DNA of 64,000 nt from assembly GCF_009914755.1 (NCBI RefSeq), contig NC_060937.1, one strand, 5' to 3'. The translations under genes and the position numbers were made by a program. This document shows positions 15,531-29,171 of this stretch, piece after piece (positions within the stretch are counted from its first letter, which is position 1; each line of letters opens with the position of its first letter). The DNA is from the human T2T-CHM13v2.0 reference genome, Homo sapiens. The notes below the pieces were generated by a model. The model was not told the origin of the DNA. It searched no databases and saw nothing but the letters and a program-made list of their open reading frames with translations.

Positions 15531-15663
15531 GCCAGGAGTGGTGACTCACTCCTGTAATCTCAGCACTTTGGGAGGTAGAGAATAGTTTGAGACTAAGAGT
15601 TCAAGACAACCCTGGGCAATAAAACAAGACCTTGTCTCAACCAAAAATTTAAAAATAAAAAAT
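15531..15663 (+). mobile_element. FLAM (free left Alu monomer)
   Basis: Monomer ending agaccttgtctc plus an A tail; degenerate TSD aagttgcacat / aagtagcacat. Confidence 0.85.
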
Positions 15664-16712
15664 AGAAGTAGCACATGTTTAATATTAGTATGAAATAATA
15701 TCTGAAATTTATTGAATTTTAGAATATAATAGGTAATATTTTAAGCAACATATATGTATTATCTCTCAATTCTCACAACAGTCCTAAAAACTAATGTTGC
15801 AAACTAATCAAAGTCAATCTAGTAGTGGTTCTTAATTGTAAAATTCTTTTGGTAAATATTAATTAACTTGAGTGGTGGACTATCCAGAGGTATTTTCTAA
15901 CTTCACTAATATGTAGAATATAATTATGAAAACAAATGTTAGAGTAAATTCGGCCAAAAATGCACTAGTCCTATTTTTAATAGGTTCACTGAAAGGCTGG
16001 CACTTTATCTATCCAGAAGCAGAAATTATGTGAGGAGACAGTGTCTTCTATGAAGTAGGGGAAAAACAGGACTAATGGGAATTAGAGTCTGAGCACTGCT
16101 CAGCAGGTATTCAAAGATCAGCTTTCTAGTTTCTTGTAACTCATTCTCACAACAAAAGTGAGTTCCATAAAACTGTGAGACCCATAAAAACAAAGACAGT
16201 GTGTCCCAAGCATTTTTCTTGAACACCATTCATTTCGTGAATAAAACTGATTTTTAATATTTCTCTGGTTAATTGGAATGCCCTCTGGTACAGGTTTCAA
16301 TAATGATATTTAATAGGTACAGGAAAGCACATCTGTTACATTGATTCTGTTAATGTATTTCAAATGTTAATTAATCACCTCAAGGTGTAGATTAAAGTTA
16401 ATACAATCATAGAGTATAATGCTTAGACATAAGCATTTTTAATCATTTTTTCCATCAGAAAAAAAAATCAAGTCCTAAATAGAGACAAAGATTTTCTTAT
16501 AATTAAGGGATGAAGAGGACCATGCCCCCAGAATCACTATAACAGATGTGGTAATATGTTGTATATACTATTTCATAAGGCCATGTCCATTCATTCCATT
16601 TCACCATCTGATTATTCACCAGTATCTCTCTTCTCTCTCTCTCTCACTCTCATTCTCACTTTGCTCTCACTGTTGGTCAATTACTTATGCATGTATGCAT
16701 ATGCACATGCAC

Positions 16713-16717
<5 letters not shown>

Positions 16718-16755
<38 letters not shown>
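16718..16755. repeat. (TG)n(AG)n microsatellite
   Basis: Directly visible. Confidence 0.95.
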
Positions 16756-18147
16756 TTTTGCTAAAACATTGGATAGTTATTATTTGATGCTTCACCCCTA
16801 AACACTTAAGTATGTCTTAATAACATGGACATTGCCCTACATATCATAATACAATTACCAAACTCAGAAAAGTTAACATTAATACTGCCAAAGGAAAAAT
16901 TTCACCAGTCTAAAGTAAATAGTTAAGAAAAACTCTACTCAATTTCTATTGCAATCCTGGAGAGAGATCAGAACATAGACTGAATTCCCCTCCACCGAAG
17001 CAATGGCAGGGTTTTTAAAAGCTGGGGTCAACCTTCTGTGTTTGCTGATTATTCTTAACCAAAGTAAAAGTCAACTTTCTTTTATCTTCATGACAGAAGG
17101 TGGTTTTACCGCTTGGAGCAAAACACATAAAAATTAGGTGTCTACTCTCCTACAAAGACTCAGAGATAGGAACACTATATTCCTTGATGATTACATTGCA
17201 AAGGAATGGCTCCCAGGTCCTTAAAAAAATTGTGGTTTCATGAAAAAGCTAGAAAAATCTCAAACCTACATCCTAATTTGGCAAACCGAATCATACACAA
17301 AAGAACTAGAGAACCAAGAGCAAACAAACCCCAAAGCTAGCAGAAGACAAGAAATAACCAAGATCAGAGTGGAGCTGAAGGAGATAGAGATGAAAAAAAA
17401 TAAAAAACCCTTCAAACAAATAAATGAATCCAGGAGCTGTTTTTTTGAAAAAAATAATAAAATAGATATACCACTAGCTAGACTTATAAAGAAGAAAAGA
17501 GAGAGAAATAAAATAGACACAATGAAAATGATAAAGGGGTATCACTGCTGACCTTATAGGAACACAAACAACCATCAGAGAATACTATAAAAACCTCTAT
17601 GCAAATAAACTAGAAAATTTAGAAGAAGAAATAGATAAATTCTTGGAAACATACACCCTCCCAAGACTGAACCAGGAAAAAGTTGAATCTCTAAATAGAC
17701 AAAAAAGAAGTTCTGAAATTAAGACATTAATAAGTAGCCTACCAACCAAAAAGAGCCCAGGACAAGATGAATTTTCAGCTGAATTCTATCAGAGATAAAA
17801 AGAGGAGCTGATACCATTTCTTCTGAAAGTATTCAAAACCATTAAAAAGGAGGGACTCTTCCATAACTCGTTGTATGAGGCCAGCATCATCCTGATACCC
17901 AAACCTGGCCAAGATACAACAAAAAAAGAAAACTTCAGGCCAATGTCCCTGAACATCAATGCAAAAATTCTCAGTGAAATATTGGTAAATCAAATCCAGT
18001 AGCACATCAAAATCAAGTTGGCTTTATCCCTGAGATGTAAGTACACAAATCAATAAATGCAATTCATCACATAAACAAAACTAAACACAAAAACCACATG
18101 GTTATCTCAATAGACACACACAAAAAAGCCTTCAATAAAATTCCTTC

Positions 18148-18555
18148 ATGTTAAAAACTTTCAATAAACTACGTATTGATGGAACACAACTCAAAATAAT
18201 AAGAGCCATATATGACAAACCCACAGCCAATATCTTATTGAATGGGCAAAAGCTGGAAGCCTTCCTTTTGAAAACTGGCACAAGACAAGGATGCCCTCTC
18301 TCAACACTCCTATTCAGCATAGTATTGGAAGTTCTGGCCAAAACAATAAGGCAAGAGAAAGAATTAAAGGGTATTCAAATAGAAAGTGAGGAAGTCAAAC
18401 TGTCTCTGTTTTCAGATGACATGATTCTATATCTAGAAAAGCTTATGGTCTCAGCCCAAAAGCTTCTTAAGCTGATAAGCAACCTCAGCAGAGTCTCAGG
18501 ATACAAAATCAATGTGCAAAAATCACAAGCATTCCTATTCACCAACAATAGATAA
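18148..18555 (+). pseudogene. L1 ORF2 reverse-transcriptase remnant
   Basis: RQGCPLS motif and F(S)DD in place of FADD; flanked by stops and frameshifts. Confidence 0.9.
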
Positions 18556-19820
18556 GCAGAGAGCCAAATCAGGAATGAACTTCCATTCACAACTGCTACT
18601 AAGATAACAGAATACCAATGAATATAGCTAACAAGGGAAGTGAAGGACTTCTTCTAGGAGTACTATAAACCACTGCTCAGGGAAATCAGAAAGGACACAA
18701 ACAAATGGAAAAACATTACATACTCATGGATAGGAAGAATCAATATCATGAAAATGGCCATACTGCCCAGAGTAATTTACAGATTCAATGATATTCCCAT
18801 AAAATTACCATTGACATTTTTAACAACAACAGAATAAAACTACTTTAAATTTTATATGGAACAAAAAAGAGCTCCTATATCCAAGACAATCCTAAGCAAA
18901 AACAACAAAGCTGGAGGCATCATGCTACCTGACTTCAAACTATATTACAAGGCTATTGTAACCAAAATAGCATGGCACTGGTACAAGAACAGACACATAG
19001 ATCAATGCAACAGAATAAAAACTCAGAAATAAGACTGCAGAGCTACAAACATCGAATCTTCGACAAACCTGACAGAAACAAGCAATAGGGAAAGGATTTC
19101 CTATTTAATAAATGGTGCTGGGAAAACTGGCTAGCCATTTGCAGAAAATTAAAACTGGACCCCTTCCTTATACATTATACAAAAATTAAACTCAAAATTG
19201 TTAAATTCTTAAATGTAAAACCCAACACTATAAAACCCTAGAATAAAATCTAGGCAATACCATTCAGGACATAGTCATGGGCAAAGGTTTAATGACAAAA
19301 ACATCAAAGGAATTGAAACAAAAGAAAAAATTGACAAATGGGATCTAATTAAACTAAAGAGCTTCTGCACAGCAAAGGAAACTATTATCAAAGTGAAGAG
19401 ACAACCTATAGAATGAGAGAAAAATTATGTAACCTATCTATCTGGCAAAGATCTAATATCCAGAATCTACATAGAACTTGGACAAATTTACAAGGTAAAA
19501 GCAAACAATCCCATTAAAAACTGGGCAAAGGAATGAACAGACAATTCTCAGAAGACATTTATGTGCCCAACAAATATATGAAAAAAAGCTCAACATCACT
19601 GATCATTAGAGAAATGCAAATCAAAAACACCAGGAGATACCATCACATGCCAGTTAGAATGGCAATTATTAAAAAGTCAAGAAACAACTGATGCTGGCAA
19701 AGCTGTGGAGAAATAGGAATGCTTTTACACTGACGGCAGAAATGTAAATTAGTTTAACTATTGTAGAAGACAGTGTGGCAATTTTTCAAAGTCCTGGGAG
19801 CAGAAATACCATTTGATCCA

Positions 19821-20180
19821 TGATATGGTTTGGCTGTGTCCCCACCCAAATCTCATCTTGAATTGCTGCTCCCATAATTCCCACATGTCGTGGCAGGGAC
19901 CCAGTGGGAGATAATTGAATTCTTCAGGCTGTTTCCCTCATACTGTTCTCATGGTAGTGAAGAAGTCTCATTAGATCTTATGGTTTTATAAGGGGAAATA
20001 CCTTTCACTTAGTTCCCATTTCTTTCTTGCCTGCCACCATATAAGATGTGACTTTTGCCTTCTGCCATGATTGTGAGGCCTCCCCAGCCACGTGGGACTG
20101 AGTCCATTAAACCTCTTTTCCTTTATACATTACTCAGTCTGTGTATGTCTTTATCAGCAGCATGAAAATGAACTAATACA
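19821..20180 (+). mobile_element. THE1 (MaLR) solo LTR
   Basis: tgatatggtttggctgtgtccccacccaaatctcatcttgaattg...ctaataca; 5-bp TSD atcca / accca. Confidence 0.95.
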
Positions 20181-21249
20181 ACCCAGCCATCCCATTACTG
20201 CATATATACCCAAAGGAATATAAATCATTCTTTTATAAAGATACATGCATGTGTATGTTCATTGCAGCACTATTCACAATAGCAATAACATGGAGTCAAC
20301 CCAAATGCCCATCAATGCTAGCCTGGATAAAGAAAATGTGGTACATATACACCATGGAATACTATGAAGCCATGAAAAAGAATGGGATCATGTGTTTTGC
20401 AGGGACATGGTTGGAGCTGGAAGCCACTATGCTCTGCAAACTAACGCAGGAACAGAAAACCAAACACTACATGTTCTCCCTTATAATTGGGAGCTGAACA
20501 ATGAGAACACATGGACATAGGGAGGGGAACAACACACACTGGAGTTCACCTGCTGGGGGTGGGGGAGGGAGAGCTTCAGGAAAAATAGCTAATGCATGCT
20601 GGACTTAAACCTGGGGGATAGGTTAATAGGTGCAGCAAACCACCATGGCATATGTTTATCTATGTAATGAAGCTGCACATCCTGCACATGTATCCCAGAA
20701 CTTACATACCATAAAATAAAATTAAAACGTTGTGGTTTGCAAAGACTGACTAGAGGCTTTTAAAAGCTTTACATCTTAAAGAGGCAGAAGAATATTTTTA
20801 AATTATAAGTTACCTAAAGTAAATACTCTAAAAAAGAGAGGAGAGGAAGATCTTTGCTTATGCCAACCTGATTTTCTAAGGACTAAAGGTAAAAGGGAGG
20901 TTAGAGGAGGCAGGCAGCAGCCTGTCTGAAGTTTGGTTAAACTAAAGGAAATGTTAAGGTGGCAGTTGTGGTGAATACAATATTAATAATTAAACAATTA
21001 TTAGCTAATATAAAAAATTCAAGTGTACCCAAGTTGTACTTTATAGCTATCAAAAAAATCTGGCACTCAAGGAGTGAACATGAATTGCATTTTGTTTTCA
21101 TGTATCTTTAGTCTCCTTAAATAGAGAAAAATGCTTCAGCTTTATTTTTATGTGATTTGAAGGTATTGAAGAATACAGGCCCGTTGGTTTAGAAAGGTCC
21201 ATTTATACTGAGATGTTTTATAATGTTAGTATACATATAATACAACAAT

Positions 21250-21392
21250 ACGCATTATCCTTATCTCTTTTTTATAAATGGAGAAACTAAAATGAAAATT
21301 AATGCTATTGATCCTAATCACATCGTTTCTAAATAACTAGCAGAGCTAGGAACTGATCCAAATAGTAAGATCTATCACTCTTAATTATTGTA
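21250..21392. mobile_element. MIR fragment
   Basis: ttataaatggagaaactaa...gcagagctagga resembles the MIR core. Confidence 0.5.
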
Positions 21393-21609
21393 AAACCATG
21401 CTTTAATAATTTATAAAATACCCAAAATATGTACCTTTCTTGTTCTATGTTTATTCATCAACAACTTGGCGGCCACTATTTATGTTATTAATACACATGT
21501 CGTGCAGTTCCACCTGCCTAGCTCTGCTCTCAGACCTCAGTACACAGAGATATATAAAATTAAATCACTGTTCTAAAGGAATATTGAAATGAGTGATAAA
21601 AAATAGACT

Positions 21610-21846
21610 ACCCTACATGAACATAAATATGGAAGACACAGATACTGGGGAGTATTAGAGGAAGGAAAGAGTGAAAGGAACAAGGGCTGAAAAACCTATT
21701 GGGTGCTCTGCTTACAACCTGGGTGATGGGATCATTTGTACCCCTGTCCTCAGCATTACACAATATATCTATGTAACCAACCTGCATATATACCCCTGAA
21801 TCTAAAATAAAGGTTAACAGTACTTAAGAATTTAAAAATTAAAAAA
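21610..21846 (+). mobile_element. L1PA16/L1PB-like 3' UTR stub
   Basis: gggctgaaaaacctattggg...cctgggtgatgggatcatttgtacccc...tgaatctaaaataaa. Confidence 0.85.
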
Positions 21847-22624
21847 TCAGAAAGCTGAATAAAATAGGATAGATATATGTAAAAATAAATGAATAAGGGA
21901 TAATCCAAATCCAAGATTAGAGACATATAACTGAGCTAAATATGACGTTCGATTGGAGCAGCTTGTTTCAGAATTTAAAACCCGGTATAATTTTTTACAG
22001 GAGAAGAAACTGTCATTCATTTCATTTTGCCTGATACTTCAACTTCAATAACTTTGATTACTTTTAATTGAATGTTATCCTAAAACTTTGTTGTTATTAT
22101 ATCAGTAATGAATTTTAACTTTAGCAAAGTATAAATGTTTATACAAATAAAAATAATAAGTCAAAAGTTCAAACGCAGTCTTTCTGTTGATAAAATGAGA
22201 AATTAGCACCAACTGTTGGCTTTTTCCCTCAATAGCAGCCCTAGAAACTACAGAAAAGAGAGGGAAGAATATATATCAATAACAAATAAAACACTGATAA
22301 ATTGCCAGGTAGATCTAAGGATATTCTGGACTTACATGGAGTGATGGCCAGCTTGTGACAAGCAGTGAGGATATGATTTTTTAAGTTCTGTTTTTATTTC
22401 TCTGCTATAGGCACAAACCATCCAATGTCAGTGTTGGCATAAAAATTTCAGAGCAGAATAAAAGCATTTGGTGTAGAGAACCTGATGAAACCTCATTTAA
22501 GCATCTCTCCAACCTCTATCCCTGAATAATTTATAACCACTTTAATACGAATAATAAATATGCAATTTGTGGACCATTGAGTAGACAACACAGAGAGGTA
22601 TGGCCTCAGGGGTGAAAAAAAAAT

Positions 22625-24146
22625 AGCCCAAATAGAGAGCCAAGAAATAAATGCAACTAAATTTTGACAAGACAACCAAAAAGACACGATGGGGAAAGGA
22701 TAGTCTTTACTAGGAAGACTGAATTTCTTCATGAAATGAGTGAAATCGGAGTCATGTCATACACTGCAATCAACTCAAAATGGATAAAAGACCTAAATAT
22801 AAAAAATGAAACCACATAAGTCTTCAAGTAAAACATAGGAGAAAAGCACCTCAACATTAGGTCTTGGCAATTACTTTCTAAATATCAAAGAAAAAGCTCA
22901 GGCTACAATAGCAAAAATAAATAAATAAGACTATATCAAAATAAAAGCTTCTGCACACCCAAACAAAAATAAACAAAACAAGGCAAACTGCAGACTGTGA
23001 AAAAATATTTGCAAGCCATGTATCTGATAAGGGGTTAGCATCAAAATTTATAAAGAATCATTACAACTCAATAGTAGAAAAACAAATAGCCTAATTTAAA
23101 AAGGGGTAAAGGTCCTGAACAGACATTTCTCTAAAGAAGATACAAAAATGGCCGGGCGCGGTGGCTCACACCTGTAATCCTAGCACTTTGGGAGGCCAAG
23201 GAGGGCAGATCACCTGAGGTTGGGAGTTCGAGACCAGCCTGGCCAACATGGCGAAACCATGTTTCTACTAACAATAGTATGAAAAGGTGCTCAACATCAC
23301 TAATCATCAGGGAAATGCCAATTAAAACCACTGCAAAGAGTCACTTCATACCTGTAAGGATGTTTATTATGAAAAATAAAAGAGACAATAAATGTTGGCT
23401 AGAGTGTGGAGTTAAGGGAACCCCAATACACTGTTGGTGGGAATGTAGACCGGTACAGCCATATGGAAAGCAATGTGGCAGATCCTAAAGTAATTACAAA
23501 TAGAACTAACGTATGACCCAGCAATCCATCTTTTAGATACATGCCAAATAGAGATGAAATCACCACCTCAAAGAGATATCTGTACTCCTATGTTCATTGC
23601 AGCATTATTTATAATAGCTAAGATATGAAAACAAAACGTCACTGATTAATGAATAAAGAGAATACAGTATAGATATACAAGGGAATATTATTCAGCCTTA
23701 ATAAAGAAGGAGATTTGGTCTTTTGCCACAACATGCATGAACCTAGAGGACATTATGCCAAGTAAAATAAGCCAGACACAGAAAGGAAAATATTCTATGA
23801 TCTCACGAATGTGTGGAATAGAAAAAAAAAAGTTCAAATCCATAGAGGTAAAGAATTAAACGGTGGTTATGACGGGTCAGAAAGAATAGGGGGAAAGAAA
23901 ATGGTGAGATGTAGGTCAAAGGATACATGTTTGGACATTTGATGTACAAGATGAGGACTAAAATTAATACAGTTGCATTAGGATTTTTTTGCTAAATAAG
24001 TAAATTTTAGCTGCTCTTGTCACAAAGAAAAAGTATATGAGATATTTTAATCTGCTTCACTATACTAATCATTTTATAACTTACAAGTATCACATAACAT
24101 CATGCTGTAAACGTCAAACATACGTAATACAATTTATTTTTAAAAA
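22625..24146 (+). mobile_element. L1MA 3' portion
   Basis: ORF2 C-terminus (tttgacaag..., gcttctgcaca, tgctcaacatcactaatcatcagggaaatgc) and L1MA 3' UTR. Confidence 0.85.
23150..23271 (+). mobile_element. AluS left arm only
   Basis: ggccgggcgcggtggctcac...tctactaa is followed directly by L1 sequence. Confidence 0.9.
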
Positions 24147-24224
24147 TTAGTCCTGGATACATACTGTTCTGGCACTACCTGCCATCAAACCTGCCATCAA
24201 ACTATTTTCAGGCAAGCTGATTGT

Positions 24225-24400
24225 ATTTTAAAACAAAACTCAAGAGTATTTATAGCATGTAAAAATATCCAGTGCTCAATAAGGTAAAATTATTGTGTCT
24301 GGCCTTCAATCAAAAATTAACAGGAAAGAAAAGAGGGATAAAAATATGACCCATCATGATGAGAAAAATAAACCAAAAGAAAGTCGAGAAATGACAGCAA
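24225..24400 (+). mobile_element. Ancient L1M 5'/ORF1 fragment
   Basis: aaggtaaaatt...tgtctggccttcaatcaaaaattaacagg...aatatgacccat. Confidence 0.5.
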
Positions 24401-25158
24401 TAAGCCATATGCTGGCTAATATCCCTTGTATATATAGAGCTATGCTTTGGAGCCAAACAGTATCTATGATGCTGTTGCATTTAGTTTTCTACATAAATTA
24501 TTGCCATAGCAACATTTAGAATATTTAGAATATGTAGTTTTCAGTAATCAAGTTTCAGATTTTCAATCTCGACTTAAAATCTCTCATGTAATATAGTGTT
24601 TATTGTAACATGTTTTGGAAATTCTCATAGGTTTATTTGTTATTAAAACTTTCTTTTTGTAACTATTTCTTACACATATTATTTTCGGTCCTTTTTCTTT
24701 TATATATGTGCCTTTGTTAACTGTACACTTAAGGAAACAACAGTGATGATTGAGGTTTTATTTTGGATAAATTGTCTTTCTATAATCCATTTGGGAAGTG
24801 GTAAGTTACTGTTTGTAATTTCATCATCTAATATTTTTCTTCTGCTGCATGCTAATAAATGACTCCATTAAACTATTGATTGTTACTATCTGTAAACTGA
24901 ATTTATCACAGCCACATCACTGTTTTCTATTATGTAGTAATTTGCTCTTCATTTATTTCATTTTGTTACATACATCTAAACACCCTGTATTAGAGACCAT
25001 ATAGGTTGCACATTTATCATGATGTTGCTTTTCATGATTATTTTATTCAAAATATAAGTGGATTTACAATATAGATATTATTAACAGAGGAACATAATTT
25101 TTAAAAATATGATCTAATTACTTCAAATTCAATGTTCCAAGGTGTTACCACTGTAATA

Positions 25159-25282
25159 AAAAGTAAACTAACAATATCTCTCTATTTTAAAATAATTTCT
25201 AAATGTAAACTAGTAATATCTCTATTTGAAAATAATTTCTAAAAGTAAACTAATAATATCTGTCTATTTGAAAATAATTTCT
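25159..25282. repeat. Minisatellite, 3 copies of 40-42 bp
   Basis: aaaagtaaactaataatatct(gt)ctatttgaaaataatttct occurs three times. Confidence 0.9.
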
Positions 25283-25447
25283 AATATACTCATATATATT
25301 TAGGTTTAAAGGATGACCCTAAATCCGCTTATATCTTAGTCCTTACTATGTAGCCTTTCCTTTGGATTATTGAACTATCTGCATCCTTCCAATTTTGCTA
25401 TAGTTAACCAGGGTTAGGTCCTGTTGATTGCAACCAAATAAACTTTG

Positions 25448-26010
25448 ACACAACCTAAGTGTCCATCTATCAACAAATGGATAAAGAAACTTTGGTATAT
25501 ATACATACAATGAAATATTATTCAGCCCTAAAAAAGGAGGACTTTCTACCATTTAGATGAAGCTGGAGGACATTATGCTAAATGAAATAAGTCAGATACA
25601 GAAAGAAAAATATTGCATGATCTCATTTGTGGAATCTTTAAAAGAGGTTAATATATGGAGATAAAGAATAAAACAGTGGTTACCAGGGTTGGGGTTGTCA
25701 AGGGGGGATGAAATGGGAAAATATACTTAAAAAAATACAAAGCAGCAGATCTGTAGGATAAACAAGTCAAAAGATCTAATGTACAACATGAGGACTATCA
25801 CTAATAATAGTATACTCAAAATTTTTGCTAAATGAGTAGATTATAGCTGCTCTTGCCACAGGGGTAAAATGGGTAACTATGTGAATTGATCTATGTATTA
25901 AATGTGTTCCACTATAATAAGCACTTTATTTAAATAAATTTTATTTTGTATCCAACATGATGTTATATATCTTGTAACTTCAATACAATATAAAATTTAT
26001 TTTTAAAAAA
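25448..26010 (+). mobile_element. L1MA 3' UTR fragment
   Basis: caacctaagtgtccatc...ggacattatgctaaatgaaataagtcag...tttttgctaaatgagtagatt. Confidence 0.85.
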
Positions 26011-28379
26011 TAGTAGGCAAAAGAGACATAACCTAATGGAACTTACACTTCAGTGGGATACTTAGGCATTAAATCCACAAGTGCATACTGATAAAATGAC
26101 AGACTGTATAAAATGTTACAAGATAAAATTATAGGATGGTAAAAGTAAATTTTAATTCACTTCTCAAGCAACTCCTCTGTTATCTCTTCATTCATTGGTC
26201 TTTAACTCTTGCTATATTGCACATACTCAGTGCCCACCAACGCCCAACACACACAAGCACAATGTTAACCAAACCTTTCTTCTCTACTCACTTAGCAACA
26301 TATTTCACATCTGTGATTTCTTTCATTACAGTATACTAGCTGATTTACTTTTACTAATTTCCATTGAGGACAAGGATTATATTTGGTTTAACTTTGAACC
26401 TTATGCCTAGCGCCTACCTCAAAGTCAGTATAATGAGGATACTGTTATCCAATATTTAATGTGCTGGGGATTCAAGTATCAGATAATCCAGGAGACTCTA
26501 ATGATGTCTGTGATTCTTTTTGGAATGTCACCTTCTACTGTAAAAAAATCTTTGTCTTGTCCTTGTTTAATATTCACAATGCCTTTATCTTAACTCACTG
26601 TTTTACATTTCACAAGTGTTTTTTTTCATAGATAAGAAATTGTATGCCAGTCTTTCAACTGTTTTATACATTTACTGTGGTCAGAGATAATAATAACTAC
26701 CTTTTACAGAATGTCTATTCTGAGAAAACAAAGACCCAAAAGTTAATTAAATACTAAAATCTCAAAGTCAATGGGAGGCAGAGCCATTATGCAAATCTAA
26801 GAAAAGACTTCAGAAAATCTTTTCTTAGATTTGTTAAGTATTTACTATACTGCCCTGCCTTATGTTTGAGCTGCAAAATGACTAAAAATTAAGGTATAAC
26901 AATTACTTGTAGATCCATTGTTCACTTGGTTGTAACCCTCAGAATGACTCAGAGTACTCATTGTAATGAAAGGAGCAGGGGAACAGCAGGCAAGTGTCTC
27001 TGGAGGCCAGATGCTGTCCCTAGGTGGCCATGCATCTTTGGCCAAATCAAAAGCTCTTTGGGTGCTTAAGCTGTCAGACGATTTTAAGCTAAATAAATGA
27101 TAAAACTCTCTAAAAAAGTGAACATTTATTATATGGAAGGTTTATATTTTATGATATATCTGTCATATTTTATTGTTCAGTTTAATCAATAAAACTTTTC
27201 ATTTTCAAGGACTCATTTTAGTATAAATATGCAAAATTGATATTTTAATACAAAATTTACTTACTAGTGATTTATATTATGGTCTGTGTTCATTTTATTA
27301 TAGATTACTTATGACTTTAAAATGTCTTTTCACACCAATAATTGAAAAAGGAAATTTTGAAAGAAGTCAATTAAGTATATTTTAAGACATTTTGAGCATC
27401 AGGGTCTTTTTCAAAGAAAAAGAATTTTTCAAAAATGTTTTTCTCTCTAAAAAGAAGTGAAAATTATTTCCAAACTACAAACTTCCTTGTAAAATGAATT
27501 TGAAGGAAGCTGCTTTCACCATGGTGACAAAAATCTAGATGCAGATTACTTCATCAGAAAAAGGCAATTTTCCATAATCAGTTGAGCTCAGCACACTGAG
27601 TATGTTACACTGAATTTCTGATACAAAGCTACTTTTGCAGATATTTGGAAGTGTTTGTGTTCCTACTCAAGGATTCAGAGATATAGGAACTAACTAAACT
27701 GATGAATAATGCAAAGCAAATGTAACTTTCATAACAAGGAAGTTATCATTTTTTAGGACTTTGTGAGCTAAAACTAATAAAATAAGTTGTAGTGGCTTAA
27801 ACAAAGAGGTACTAAAATTAACATTAAAAATAACAAAATGCAGATGAGAAGTTCCTTTCCTTAATCAGTGTGGCCCTGTTTCACTGCTGCTTCTTGGTGA
27901 CACCATACAGCACAGCAAAGTGTGACCTACAAGTTTCTGTGTGCACAGTCTCAACACATTTTCTGTTTGTGTTAAATATCACAGAGGTTATTACAAACGG
28001 ATTCTGACAAGAGTGTCACTAGAATTCTAAGGTTCCCAAATAAAATGCAGAAATCAGACTGTGTATTTCGTGTATTTTCAGCATTTTCTTTTGTATATGA
28101 TCGGTTTCTCTGACTGGTTTTTCAAACTGAGGGAGATAAAGCAGGGAAGGAATTGCCTAGATTTGTTCATGCTAACATCTACCTTTTAGTGATTCTTTTT
28201 CCTATCTCTAATTATTGGAAAAATAATACAAGTCTTATCAACATACCCACATCAAAGGATGGCCATCAAATTCACACTCAAACTTTCCTGAAATTGAATA
28301 TGATATGATCAATGTATATTGTGTCTTTTTATGTAACAGGAACCAATTTTTTAGAGTTACATAGTTTAAATAGCTGGAA

Positions 28380-28684
<305 letters not shown>

Positions 28685-28764
28685 GATATGCAATGTAATT
28701 TTAAGATAAACTAAAGACGAGCAAAGGATTAGATAACTACAGAGGTTTTTTTTTTTTTTTTCTT

Positions 28765-28945
28765 CTAATAGGCTGTTTAGAGATGATTTACATAAGGAGG
28801 AAATATCTGGGGAGAGACCTAATAAAAATAAGAGACTAAAAAATGCTGGTGGAAAAGCCCTCCAGGTATAGAAAAGAGCCAGTGCAAAATCCCCTGAATT
28901 TATAACAGGTTTGGCGTGTTTAAGAAACTGAAAAAAGCTGAAATC
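28765..28945 (-). mobile_element. L2 fragment
   Basis: tccaggtatagaaaagagccagtgcaaaatcccctga...ggcgtgtttaagaaactg. Confidence 0.6.
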
Positions 28946-29171
28946 TTGATAATAGGTCCATATTTGGTTTCTCTAATTTTATATAATCAGTATTCCCTAA
29001 TATTTATGTCTACATATAAACTTATCTAAAACTAGTAGATTAATTAAAAATTATGTAAAAACTTAAGCCATAATTTCTCTCTATTTCTAGCTTCACATTC
29101 CTATTCTTTGTTAAAAGATATAGAAAATATGAGTAGAAAAATTTCTTTGAGAAATAATGATAAATAAGTCC

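Larger units (their letters stand above)
17240..20723 (+). mobile_element. 5'-truncated L1PA (about PA10-14) with a dead ORF2
   Basis: ORF2 peptides [28 protein letters not shown] and [11 protein letters not shown]; L1PA 3' UTR; TSD aaaattgtggtttca / aacgttgtggtttgca. Confidence 0.95.
16886..20974 (-). mobile_element. MER31/MER67-like ERV1 solo LTR (16886-17239 and 20724-20974), split by an L1PA
   Basis: ttccttgatgattacattgcaaaggaatggctcccaggtcc continues after the L1 as agaggctttt...acatcttaaagaggcaga. 4-bp TSD atac. Confidence 0.7.
16760..21200 (-). mobile_element. L1MC4-like 3' fragment (16760-16885 and 20975-21200), split by an LTR
   Basis: cttcacccctaaacactt...aacattaatac, resuming atacaatatt...tgaagaatacaggcc. 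Confidence 0.6.

Noticed and set aside
17240-20497. Reverse-transcriptase-like ORFs as a possible active retroelement or novel RT system
   Set aside because: These are fragments of a 5'-truncated L1 ORF2 with many stops and frameshifts and a THE1 insertion.
25159-25282. Repeats of about 40 bp as a CRISPR-like array
   Set aside because: The units are head-to-tail with no unique spacers, the context is eukaryotic and there are no cas genes.
22625-26010. Two neighbouring L1MA 3' ends as a segmental duplication
   Set aside because: The flanks are unrelated and the internal deletions differ, which fits independent insertions.
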